64,000 nt of DNA from Felis catus (lineage: Eukaryota). Every line of letters starts with the position of its first letter. Position 1 is the first letter of the stretch. Made by a program: the position numbers and the translations under genes. Of the stretch, positions 48,698 through 58,810 are shown one piece after another. Under the pieces are notes generated by a model, which made no database searches, was not told where the DNA came from, and saw only the letters and a program-made list of their open reading frames with translations. The stretch covers positions 11,532,001 through 11,596,000 of the forward strand of contig NC_058382.1 of NCBI RefSeq assembly GCF_018350175.1. The letters run 5' to 3'.

Positions 48698-48755
48698 CTT
48701 CCAAAACCATCAACAGAACCACCACCAAAACCGGGAGCCACAGGATGAGCCTCAT
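48698..48755 (-). CDS. APOC1: APOC1 first coding exon, signal peptide (MRLILWLPVLVVVLLMVLE); exon starts at 48775
   Basis: gccATGA start; 58 bp coding; GTAAAA donor; total 237 bp, 78 aa. Confidence 0.94.
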
Positions 48756-48898
48756 GGCTGGACCGAAGGGGCGCTCTGGAAGCAGAAGCAGGGGTGGGAG
48801 TGATCGGTGACACCCCTCCCTCCTCCCTCCCCGAAGTTCCTTCCACCCCCTTTGTAGTGCTCTTGGAAGGGCATCCCTCCCGGGCCTTGAGCACCAAC

Positions 48899-48965
48899 CT
48901 GGATCCGCGGAGCCACAGCAACCAGGGGATGGGAGGTCCCGGCCAGGCCCAGGCCTTTATCGGGC
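48899..48965 (-). promoter_or_regulatory. APOC1: APOC1 non-coding exon 1 (ends 48899) and GATAAA TATA-like box (48956-48961)
   Basis: CAG|GTTGGT donor and CCCCAGCCCGATAAAGG, matching the human promoter layout as recalled. Confidence 0.7.
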
Positions 48966-49499
48966 TGGGGAGGGGGAGGCGGAGGGGGCGGGGAAGGTTA
49001 ATCCCTCCCCTTCAGCCTCCTATCCCGTCCTGTGCCCACCTACCTTTTCCTCTTCTGCCCCTGGCCGCTGGTGGCGGGCGGGTCAGGTGCGGCCTAGGCA
49101 CACCCCTTAGGGACAGTGCCTCTTGGTGTTAAGCACCTGCACCTCCGAATCTCCCTGACGGTCGGTGGATCTCAGCCCTACAACGGGGGGACTGCCTATA
49201 TTCTCCACCCCCCGCCCCCCAAGCCATCTTCCCTCTGGGCTTTCTCCTGCATAACACCTTTCTTCAGGCCTCAGGGCTTGTCTCAGTCACTCAGTCACTC
49301 TGTCACTCCATTCGCTGTAACGCCCCAGGCCTCCTCCTCTTCCACCGCCCCTCCCTTCTCAGCAAGTCCCTTCAGCGCCAGCAACTGGGGTCACCCAGTC
49401 TGCCCCCACATTCCTACTCCCATGCTCCCATGCCACCTGCAGTCTTTCTTTCAGACTAGCCCTCAAGCCCCCCCCTCCCCCCATCTCCCTGCATCCGGG

Positions 49500-50150
49500 A
49501 GCATCCCGGACTTCCGTGGATGCGTCCTGGGGTCTTAGTCCTACAGCCCCCAATCTCTTCTGGGAGGGGGTCTTTTCAGCCAGTCTAAACTGCAAAGCTT
49601 CAGCTTCAAGGATCCCAGTGTGTGTGCTTCCATCCATTCCCCGAGACCCCTCCTTTCCCTCTGCCGACCCCCCCCCCACTCCCCAGGCCTCCAGGCCCCC
49701 TGGTAAACACTCCATCTGCCCTGACTCACCCCCTCGGGCCCCTCCTGGCACGAAGCACTCCCCCCCTCGCCTCCCCTCCCACCACATCCGTCCCTCAGGG
49801 CTGGAGTCCAGTGTTTCCCCCACCCCCTTCCCCTGGCTGCCTTTGACCGCCAGTGATCCCTGGCAGCTGTGGGGAGGGCGGCCCTGGCCTCAGACTCGAG
49901 GTTGGCTGGCCTTGTGCCCCCACAACCACGTGTCAGCTTGGGGGTGGCGGGGGGACGGTTGTGAAAGGGATGCACAGACATGACCCTGGCAGGATTGCGA
50001 CAACCCCCTGGCCAGCTCAGTGCCTCCAGCCCCTGTCAGCCCCCCAGCTGCCTCCCCAGACATCTGCTTCCCCTGTGAGCCTAGCATTCTCCAGACATCC
50101 ACCCAAGGGTCTGCTTCCCTTCCTTCCCCACCCCACCGGAATAGAACACC
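49500..50150 (-). promoter_or_regulatory. Multienhancer (ME) region with DR4 LXR element GGATCActggCGGTCA (49844-49859); outer limits approximate
   Basis: GCTGCCAGGGATCACTGGCGGTCAAAGGCAG matches the recalled human ME LXRE at one mismatch; lies between APOE and APOC1. Confidence 0.75.
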
Positions 50151-51179
50151 AGCTTTGCTTTTCCAAGTCCCATCCTCAACCCAGCTCAGGGCCTTCCGTT
50201 TACAGATGGGGAAACCGAGGCACAGCCAAGCACATTCAATGGCTCAGCAAGGGGCTGAGGGGCGGCGGGGTGTTTCCTTGTCCCTCCCCTTTCCGGAGTC
50301 CTGGGAGTCGACCTGGATCTCTGTGGGGATCAGCCTCCACCCCCACAGCACCCCCTGCCAGCCTCTGTTCCCCCAAACTTCTTTAGTCCCTGTGCTACCT
50401 CTAGACCTGACTGCTCTCTTCGTCCACGAGAATTCAAGAGTCAGCTCTTCGAGGGGAAGAACATGGCTGATGCCAGCCCCCGCATTGACATCTGTGGTTC
50501 AGAGGGCTCGGCCCCAGCTCCAGGGCATACCGTGAAACAGCAGCACGCTTGGCTGGGACTAGATCCCCTGCCTCTGAGCCCACTGACCCCTCTCCTCCTC
50601 CCCAAGCCTGGGGTGAGTCATCTGGGGAGGGTGGGGAGGAGAGCCTGCCTCCCCAAGGGCGCTGGGGGCAGCTGGCAAAAGCCAGGAGCGAAGAGTGTGC
50701 ACCAGCCACGCGGAGGAGCGCAGGCTGGGCCCGGGAGTTACCAAGCTCAAGTCCTGGCCTGTCCCCTGGGCTGGGAACCCTGCTCCCCTCGTCTGGGAAT
50801 TGAGGGGGTGGGGAGAGAACGCTGTGGGGTTCCAGGCTCCAGTCCTCACTGCTCTGAGTGTCCACTCCCACCTGCTCCCCACCTCGGACTCCAGGACGCT
50901 ACCCGGCGGGGCAGACCCTCGTGAGGGTGGGCGGGATGGGCGGCTTCGAGGGGCCCAAGTACAACAGAATGGTGGAGAGGACACACCCCAGATGGAGGGA
51001 GAAGGGAAACAAGAAACAGGCAGGGAGGGGGAGGGGGGGGAAGAAACTGGAGGAGGAAGAGATGAAAGATAGAGGTGGAGGAAAACAGGAAGCCAGAAGA
51101 ATGAGGCTTCTCAGCCTGGACAGGCCAGGAGGCCAGGAGAGGGCAGGAGGCAGAATTAGGTGAAACAGGGGAGCAACAG

Positions 51180-51945
51180 GGGCGCCTGGGTGGCTCAGTC
51201 GGTTGAGCGTCTGACTCTTTGATTTCGGCTCAGGTCATGATCTCACCATCGTGAGATTGAGCCCCCCCCCGTCGGGGTCTGCACTGTCAGCACGGAGCCG
51301 GCTCGGGATTGTCTCTTTCCCTCTCTCTCTCTCTCTCTCAAAATAAATAAATAAACTTAAAAAAATGTTAAGGGGTGCCTGCGTGGCACAGTGGATTAAG
51401 AGTCTGATTCTTGATCTTGGCTCAGGTCATTTCATGGTTTGTGAGTTCGAGCCCTGCGCTGGGTCTAGGGATTATTTAAAAATAAAATCTTAGGGGCACC
51501 TGGGTGGCTCAGTCGGTTGAGCGTCTGAATTCAGCTCAGGTCATGATCTCGCGGTCCATGAGTTCGAGCCCCGCGTCCGGCTCTGTGCTGACAGCTCAGA
51601 GCCTGGAGCCTGTTTCAGATTCTGTGTCTCCCTCTCTCTCTGACCCTCCCCCGTTCGTGCTCTGTCTCTGTCTCAAAAATTAAATAAATGTTTAAAAAAA
51701 AAAGTCTTAGGGGCACCTGGGTGGCTCAGTTGGTTGAGCGTCTGACTTCGGCTCAGGTCATGATCTCGCATCCCAGTTCATGGGTTCGAGCCCTGCGTGG
51801 GGCTCTGGGCTGACAGCTCAGAGCCTGGAGCCTGCTTCGGATTCTGTGTCTCCCTCTCTCTCTTTCTGCCCCTCCCCTGCTTGTGCGCGCGCGCGCGCTC
51901 TCTCTCTCAAAAATAAACATTAAAAAAAAAAAAAAAAAAAGAAAG
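51180..51945 (+). mobile_element. Array of four tandem Can-SINEs between APOE and the multienhancer
   Basis: Heads at ~51180, 51372, 51493 and 51711. Confidence 0.9.
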
Positions 51946-52503
51946 AAAGAAAAAGGAGAGTGATAATAGTAAAGGCTCAATCATAATGGCAGGGGTCCCG
52001 GGGCCTTTGAGGTCACAACTCCAGGAAGCAGGTACTATGAAGCTTCCGAGCAAGCCAGGCTCGGAAAGGTGGCTTTTTTTCTTGCCCCTTCCCCCCCATC
52101 CCCCCTTTGTCAGAGGGGACTGCAAGGTTTAACCCGGGGAAGGCGGATCTGTTCCAGAACCATGTCTCAGAGACAGAAGGGAAAGACAAGTACGAAAGAG
52201 ACAGCGAGCGGGGCTGAGCAGAGACAGAGCGAAAAAGGGAGCCTCTGAAAGGGGCAGAAGGAAGCAAACACGGAGATCAGGAGAGACAAAGAAGCAGAGG
52301 GGACAGGGCAGAGCGGCGTGGCCGGGGCGAGAAACGGAGGCGGGAGCCGGGAGAAATGACACACGGAGGTCCAGCGGCTGCTGTGGAACTTGGTGAATGT
52401 TTATTAAGCTGGGGCCTTCCAGGAGGGCGGCAGGGACAGGGCCTCCTGTAGTCGGGGTGGGGTGGGGGGGGGGAGCAGGGGCGCGGGGGCAGGAGTGGGG
52501 CCC

Positions 52504-53188
52504 TCACTGTTTCTCCACGGGCGCCGTGGTGGGGCTGGTGCCCACGGCCGCCTGCAACTTCTCCACCAGCCCGGCCCACTGGCGCTGCATGTCTTGCACC
52601 AAGGGCTCGAACCAGCTCTTGAGGCGGGCCTGGAAGGCCTCGGCCTGCTGGCGCATCTGGTCGGCCTGCTCCTCCATCTTGACCCGCATCTCCGCCACCT
52701 GCTCGCGCACCTCGTCCAGCCGCCCGCGCAGCTGCTGGCCCAAGGCCTCGGCCCGCTCCCGCAGCGGCTGCGCGGCCACGGCGGCCACGTTGGCGTTGCG
52801 CGCGCGCGCCTGCTCCACCAGCGGCCAGAAGCGCTCGCGGATGGAGCTGACGCTGCGCTCGGCGCCCTCGCGCACCCCGGCGCGGTACACGGCCAGGCGC
52901 TTGTGCAGGTCCTCGGCGTCGCGGAGCAGCCGCTTGCGCAGCTTGCGCAGGTGCGAGGCGAGGCGCCCCCGCAGCTCCTCGGCGCTCTGGCCCAGCATGG
53001 CCTGCACCTCGCTGCGGTACTGCGCCAGGCGGTTGCGCACGTCCTCCATGTCCGAGCCCAGCCGGGCCTGCGCCGCCTGCAGCTCCTTGGCCACGCGGGC
53101 CTGTGTCTCCGAGGCCATGGGGCCCAGCTGCTCCTCCAGCTCCTCCCTGTAGGCCTTCACCTCCTTCATGGTCTCCTCCATCAGCACC
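52504..53188 (-). CDS. APOE: APOE exon 4 coding part (VLMEETMKE...[11 protein letters not shown]...TTAPVEKQ*), CpG-island exon
   Basis: CAG acceptor; TGA stop; 685 bp; LDLR-binding motif; AATAAA (minus) at 52400-52405. Confidence 0.98.
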
Positions 53189-53521
53189 CTGGGGGGCCGA
53201 GAGGGCGAGAGCGTGTGCGTGGGGAGGGAGGAAAACCGAGGTGGGGGGGGGGCAAGATGGGGACAGAGACACACAGGAGCGGAGATGGAGAGGGAGGCGG
53301 TGCGAGAGACTGAGCTAGCCTGACGGAGGGGCGGCCAGAGGCGGGAGGAGCTGAGAAGGACAGAGAGCCAGAGACCTCCAGGAGCCCCGAGCGGAAAGAG
53401 GAAGCAAGATGTGAGCAGGGACGCCGAAGAGTTGGCGACAGGGACACAAAGAGTCCCCGACCGGGGGGAAGGCTTGGGGGTCCAGAAGGAACGGCCCCCC
53501 AGGAGCGTCAGGGGCACTCAC

Positions 53522-53708
53522 GTCAGTTCCTGGGTGACCTGGGTGTTGAGCACCTCCTCCTGCACCTGGTCAGACAGCGTCTGCACCCAGCGCAGGTAAT
53601 CCCGGAAGCGGCCCAGCGCCTGCTCCCAGGGCTGGCTGGCCTGCCACGGGGCCTCCGGCTCCAGCTCCCGCTCCAGCTGCGGCTCCGGCTCCACATCGGC
53701 CCAACATC
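53522..53708 (-). CDS. APOE: APOE exon 3 ([63 protein letters not shown])
   Basis: CAG/GTGAGT boundaries; 187 bp. Confidence 0.97.
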
Positions 53709-54195
53709 CTGCGCAGAGCAAGTTCACGGGCAGTCAGGCTGCTCTGCCCCCTCCAGGCACGCGGCACCTGGTACCCAGTAGGTGCTCCACGAACGCGGGG
53801 CTGCTTTACGGGCACTGGGAGCCGGTGGAAGGATGCCCAGTGCGTTTGACCGGCTGGCAAGCGTATATGTGTCTACGCCTGCTCCACGCGGGGCCGTGTG
53901 GTGGTGATGGGGAATAAAACTAGTCACGGCTGACACTAATCTGGTGCTTGCTACCTGACAACAACGCGTTAGGAACTGTTAGAACTCCCATTTTAAGGAC
54001 GGGGAAACCGAGGCCCAGAGACAGTAAAACAGGTCCACAGAGCCAGCGGATGTGAGAGGCCTCCCCTCAAGGGGGAGACAGACCCGCAGAAGGAGGGACC
54101 CAGGGATGGAAAGAGGGCAAGGTGGGGGGGGGGGGTGCACGTGAGGATGGGAGGGGAAGGAGGCGGGGAACCCTGAGCAGGCCCCGCCCCCATAC

Positions 54196-54238
54196 CTGCT
54201 AAGAGCGCGACCAGCAGCGCCGCCCACAGAACCTTCAT
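54196..54238 (-). CDS. APOE: APOE exon 2 coding part, signal peptide (MKVLWAALLVALLA)
   Basis: ATG at 54238; 43 bp; GTATGG donor; 43+187+685 = 915 bp, 304 aa. Confidence 0.97.
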
Positions 54239-55005
54239 CTTCCAGCCTGCGATTGGTCAGTATGAGTGAGAAATGTCAATCAGCAGCCAGTGGGGACCCC
54301 TCCCACCCAGAGCCCCGCCCCACCCGTTCCGGGCCTTCCAAGTCTCGCCGTCGCCCCGCCCCGTATCTGCATCAGCCTAATCCGACCACAAACATTTACC
54401 AAGCGGCCCCTCCATTGTCTATTTGGCTCCCTCATTGTCTCCTCCTATCTCCCCGTCCCCAGGTCGGCCTCTGCCGCCCAAATTCCATCCCTCTCTCCCG
54501 GGGTTCAAATTCCAGTCACCCTGCCCCGAGTTCCACGTGAGCCCCAACTCTGGTTTGTAAGTTCCAACTTCGCATTCCTCGTCCTGCCTTCACATTCTAA
54601 GCCCCAACTTCACATCTAAACGTCATTTCCCACCTATTAGCTAATTTAATGCTCACTTGAAAGTCCTCGGATGAGCGCTCTAGCTACCTGACCGCCACCC
54701 CTGCCTCCCGCCCCGCCCTCACCCCCACCCCTGCTCCTCCAACTAATGGAGATCTGAGGCGGCACCGAGTAGGTGCTCAACAGATGACAGTGACAATTCG
54801 TGGGCTCCTGATATGTCTCATCTGGGTCTTCCTACAGGTCCAGCTCCCCCCCCCCCCACCTTCCAGCCAAGACGGAATGCCCCTGGGGCCCGCTCCTCCC
54901 CTCGATCCGTCCCCTGCTTCGGTCCTGACCCTGGCGTAGGACAGTCACCTAGCCCCCGCCCATCCCTCACAGAAGCCTTGAGCTGGTCCCTCAACTGTTT
55001 CTCAC

Positions 55006-55150
55006 CGGCTCCTGGGGAACCTCCTCCTTTGCCTCCGCTGGGGCTGACTAGGACTCAGGGATCCCAGACTCGTCCAATTATAAGGCTCCCCCTGCCCCGC
55101 CCACTCCTCCAGGGCCAGGGCGGCTGGGCCAGCCCCCAGTCACGAGGTGG
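55006..55150 (-). promoter_or_regulatory. APOE: APOE non-coding exon 1 (~55006-55051), TATAAT box (55077-55082), GC box (~55091-55101) and CACCTCGTGAC element (55139-55149)
   Basis: CCG|GTGAGA donor; motifs in the order recalled for the human APOE proximal promoter. Confidence 0.85.
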
Positions 55151-56783
55151 GCTGTTCCCCCCCCTTCACACAGCCGGCAGGGGAAAGGAGGTGGGGGTTG
55201 GAGGCTCTGTGACGCCCAGCCCCCGAGAAGCGAGGTGACATCTTACCCAGTAACTCAGGCACCCTCCTCCATTCTGGGGGGCTAGGCAGGAAAGGGGAAA
55301 GAGCAGCATCTTCCCGGAGCACCCACTCCCTGCCCTTGTCTCTTTCTGTGGATGGATGAATAACATTTGGGGAGGGGGCTTGGGGCAGAAATCCTGGGTC
55401 AGGGAAAAGACTGGGGGCTTGGATTCCTGGGCTCTGAGGGGAGGGGGCTGGACAGAGATGGGATGAGAGGGGTGGGGCAGGGTAATGCATCTGCTAAAGG
55501 CCTAGGCTCTTAGAGGGGAAACCCAGGTTTTAATCTTAGCTCCTTCTTTGTGATCTGGGGCACGGATGGGCACTTCTCTGAGCCCCCTTCTCCGTGTGCA
55601 GAATGAATATCCAGCCCTTCTCCCTGACGCGAACTTCGTAGATCCCAGGAGCGCCTACACCCGCCCTACTCACTCCTGGAAGAATTTGTGCTGCCGGTTA
55701 GGACCGCAGACTCTGGAACTAAAAGGCCTGGGCTTCAACCCGCGCTCAGCGGCAGCTGTCTGACCTTGGCCCAATGATCTAGCCTCTCTGAACATCCTAC
55801 TTCTTGGTCCGCAAAACCAGGGGAAATAGTTGCACCCACGCCGTCATTTGTTGATGCAACAAGCCACGGCATGCATGAAATACGGAGAGTTCCTGGTACA
55901 CAGCAGGGCTCGTCGCGGTGACCCACAGTGAGCTCGGTCACCTTCCCAGCAGCCTGTTCTTGAATCCTGTTTCACAGAGAACCCCAAGCTGAGTGGACGT
56001 GGATGAAGCCACACGGTAAAGGGGCTGGGTTTCCCTCCCGGTCCCTGGAGGGTGTGTGGAACACGGGGTCCTAGGAGGTCAGGGGAGGCCAAAAGCCTGG
56101 TCCCAGGAAGGTGACCCCAGTGCCAGCCGGGCTCAGGCCTGTTTGCTTTGGCTTCAGAAGGCGCCGGCAGGGAACTAGTGGGTGGCTTCTCTGGGTAACG
56201 AGGGGTCATCTCTGCTCAACCGTCTCCCTCCCCAAAGCCCGTGTGTGGTGTGGCGGGTTTCGGTTCCCGTCTGGAGAGGTGTGGGGTGGGAGTTTACTGG
56301 AGACCTGGGTAATTAAACGGACACCTCACCTCCTCCCCACCTATGCTGGAGACCTGGAGACGACTCTGCCCCGGCCAGAGCCAGAGCCTCTCTCCTGAGG
56401 CCCAGAAGCCCTTCATCCCCTCAGGCACGGCTGATTGATTCTCAAGTCTCTCGAGGTGCTGGAATCCTGGCGTGGCTTCTGAAAGCGCTGACCTTCCGAC
56501 CATCCTCTGCCCCTTTTGGAAGCCGAAGGGCCCGCGGAGTCCCAGTTTGTGCCCCAATCCCTGCATGGACACATCGTCCCTGTGGCTCCAGCTGGCAGGC
56601 ACAGTCTTCCGTGGCCACTCCGGCCAGGCCAAGCCGGGTTGAGTGACCGCAAGAGCGAGCCCTCCCGGCGAGGGAAGGCCTGTGATGTGCCGGCAGAAGT
56701 CACACAAGTCACGGGGAGGATGTGTGATCTCGGGCCAGGCGGGGGCTCCCTCGCCGTCCGCTGGCTTCCAGCCTCCGGCCCGC

Positions 56784-56801
56784 GGCGCCCCCTGCTGGCC
56801 A
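56784..56801 (-). promoter_or_regulatory. CTCF motif TGGCCAGCAGGGGGCGCC just 3' of TOMM40
   Basis: Near-perfect match to the long CTCF consensus on the minus strand; binding not shown. Confidence 0.75.
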
Positions 56802-56859
56802 CTGTAAGGTCCGTCTGGGCGGACCGGGCAAGAGGGGCTACACGGAGGAAAACAGAGGC

Positions 56860-57392
56860 CTCCTATTCCACTTTTTTTCATGTATATTTTTTGTTGGCTT
56901 TTTTTTTTTTTCTGTAAAATGTCCCGGTTCTTCCATAACTTATAAACATGATTTATACTGAGGGATGGGTGGGGAAGTGGGCGGGGGCAGACTGACAGGG
57001 GATGGGGAAGCTCCTCTTCTCGCTGCCCCCTCAGGGCCGGCCCCAGGGCCCTTCGGGGGACTGGGACGCCCCAACACCTCCCTGAGGTTGTCTGGCCACC
57101 TCTGCCCCTGGTGCTCAGAATCTGGCGTGCCCCTCGATTCTGGAATCCCTCCCGGGACTCCAGGCCCATGGGCACCCTGCCTCTGGTGCTCCGAATCCTG
57201 AAGCGCCCGTGGTTCTAGAATCCCCCCTCAGCTGCTGGGGTGATGGGTCCCCTCCTTTCCGCTGCCCCCCCTGGCCCCCGAGGAGGGAGGGAAGGGAGGG
57301 GGAGGAGGGCTCAGGTCTCCCCTCCGTGGCAGGGGGAGGGGGAGGTGGGATCTGAAGGAGGAAGGGTGGAAGGCGGGGGGGCCAGCAGGGGC
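56860..57392 (-). other. TOMM40: TOMM40 3' UTR (3' end approximate); no canonical AATAAA seen, variant hexamer AATATA at 56883-56888
   Basis: Follows the TGA; contains CAGTATAAATCATGTTTATAAGTTATGGAAGAACCGGGACATTTTACAG, recalled from the human 3' UTR. Confidence 0.7.
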
Positions 57393-57532
57393 TCAGCCGA
57401 TGGTGAGGCCAAAGCCGCACTGGAACTTGTTCTTTCGGTGATTCAGGAAGGCCCCGAGGGCCAACGTCAGGGGCAGGGGCGGGAGCTTCTTCTCCAGTGT
57501 GGCGCCCACAATCCAGTTGCTGTCCATGGAGC
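57393..57532 (-). CDS. TOMM40: TOMM40 last coding exon ([46 protein letters not shown])
   Basis: CAG acceptor; TGA stop; 140 bp; C-terminal beta-signal of TOM40. Confidence 0.97.
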
Positions 57533-58508
57533 CTGCAGGTAGACGGCTGGGTTGAGAGCCAACTTCCCATCCTGTCCCCAAAGAGTCGTGCTCCAGGCCA
57601 CCTCAGATACCACCAGCCAGACTGTCGGCTTCTAGATCTCTGCCCACACTGTTCCCACCACCCGGAGACCTCTTCTCGAACCCCAAGTTCTCCAAGCCCA
57701 GGAACAATTGGCTTCGTTGTCCTCTCCCACGCTCCCCCCGCCACTCCGGGCAGCCCTCTGCCCCACCCCCAACCGTGAGCCTTGGGAGGTCGGTGCCCGG
57801 CCACCGCTCTGTCCCCAGCACCCTGGCACAAAGGCTGGCCTCAGAGCAGGTGCTCAAATCTGCTGAACGAGAGACTGAGCCCTACGCGTGTGCAAGCCCG
57901 TGGGGCCATCCCCACACCGTGCGAAGGGCCAGTTGCTCATCTCACAGGAGCGGAGGGCAGCGCAGTGGGAACGCAAGCCCGGCCTCGGAGAGCAGGCTGA
58001 CTGCAGAGAGAGGGGTCAAGGGACAGGCACAGAAGGTAGGCTTCAGAGGCAAATAAACCCCTGGGCCTCGGAAAAGCCCTGCCCGGGGCTGAAGGAAGCG
58101 GCTTTGCGGGGTGGTCTTCACATACCGCCAACCTGAGAACCACTGAGGTCCGAGGGGAAAGACTTAAGACTTAGCGTCAGGACCACAGTCAGCCCGGGAG
58201 GAGGCTCTGGACGGGGCTGTGACCGTGCACCTGAGGGAACCTGTCCCCACTCACGTCAGAGGAGCGGGGTGGCCCCGATGCACTCCGAGTCACCTCCCGC
58301 TTGTGAGAAAACAGAAGAGGACCAGGAGTGCCAAGCTCAGGTCTCCACCAGCTTAACAAGAGTCTCCAGGGAATTTGGAGGCGCCCTCCCCCACCCCCTC
58401 CCCAAAGTGCCAGCACGCTGCCCTCCACCAACTCTTTTGGCCTACACACCCGCCCCGGGCCCAGTCACCTGTCACCTGTTTTCCAAGTATGGAAACTGAG
58501 GCCTGTAC

Positions 58509-58611
58509 CTTTGAAGAGGAGGTTGGCCTTGGGCAGGTCCAGCTGGTACCCGAAGGAGACACTGGTGTCCTGCATCCTTGTGCTGGCCTCGAACTCCACG
58601 CCCACCTGCAG
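58509..58611 (-). CDS. TOMM40: TOMM40 penultimate coding exon ([34 protein letters not shown])
   Basis: CAG/GTACAG boundaries; 103 bp. Confidence 0.97.
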
Positions 58612-58733
58612 CTGGAGGGGCCAGGGCAACACGCAGACAGTCAGCCTCCCGGGCCGGACTCCCGGGCACACGGGCCCCTGGCAGCCCGCGCCTGCAAAGT
58701 GTGCCCTCGCAGGCGGTCCCTGGACCAGCTCAC

Positions 58734-58810
58734 CTGGTCGCTGGCTTTGTGGTAGTACGTCGCGTGCATGCCCGCCTGGCCCAACGTCACCGTTGCCAAC
58801 CAGTTGTTCA
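58734..58810 (-). CDS. TOMM40: TOMM40 coding exon ([26 protein letters not shown])
   Basis: CAG/GTGAGC boundaries; 77 bp. Confidence 0.96.

Noticed and set aside
52277-53313. Long alternative-frame and antisense ORFs over APOE exon 4 (331, 283 and 251 aa)
   Set aside because: Shadow ORFs caused by extreme GC3 bias of the real exon.
56294-57175. 293-aa ORF from the TOMM40 3' UTR into the intergenic region
   Set aside because: Runs through a poly-A tract (KKKK) and UTR sequence; no coding signature.
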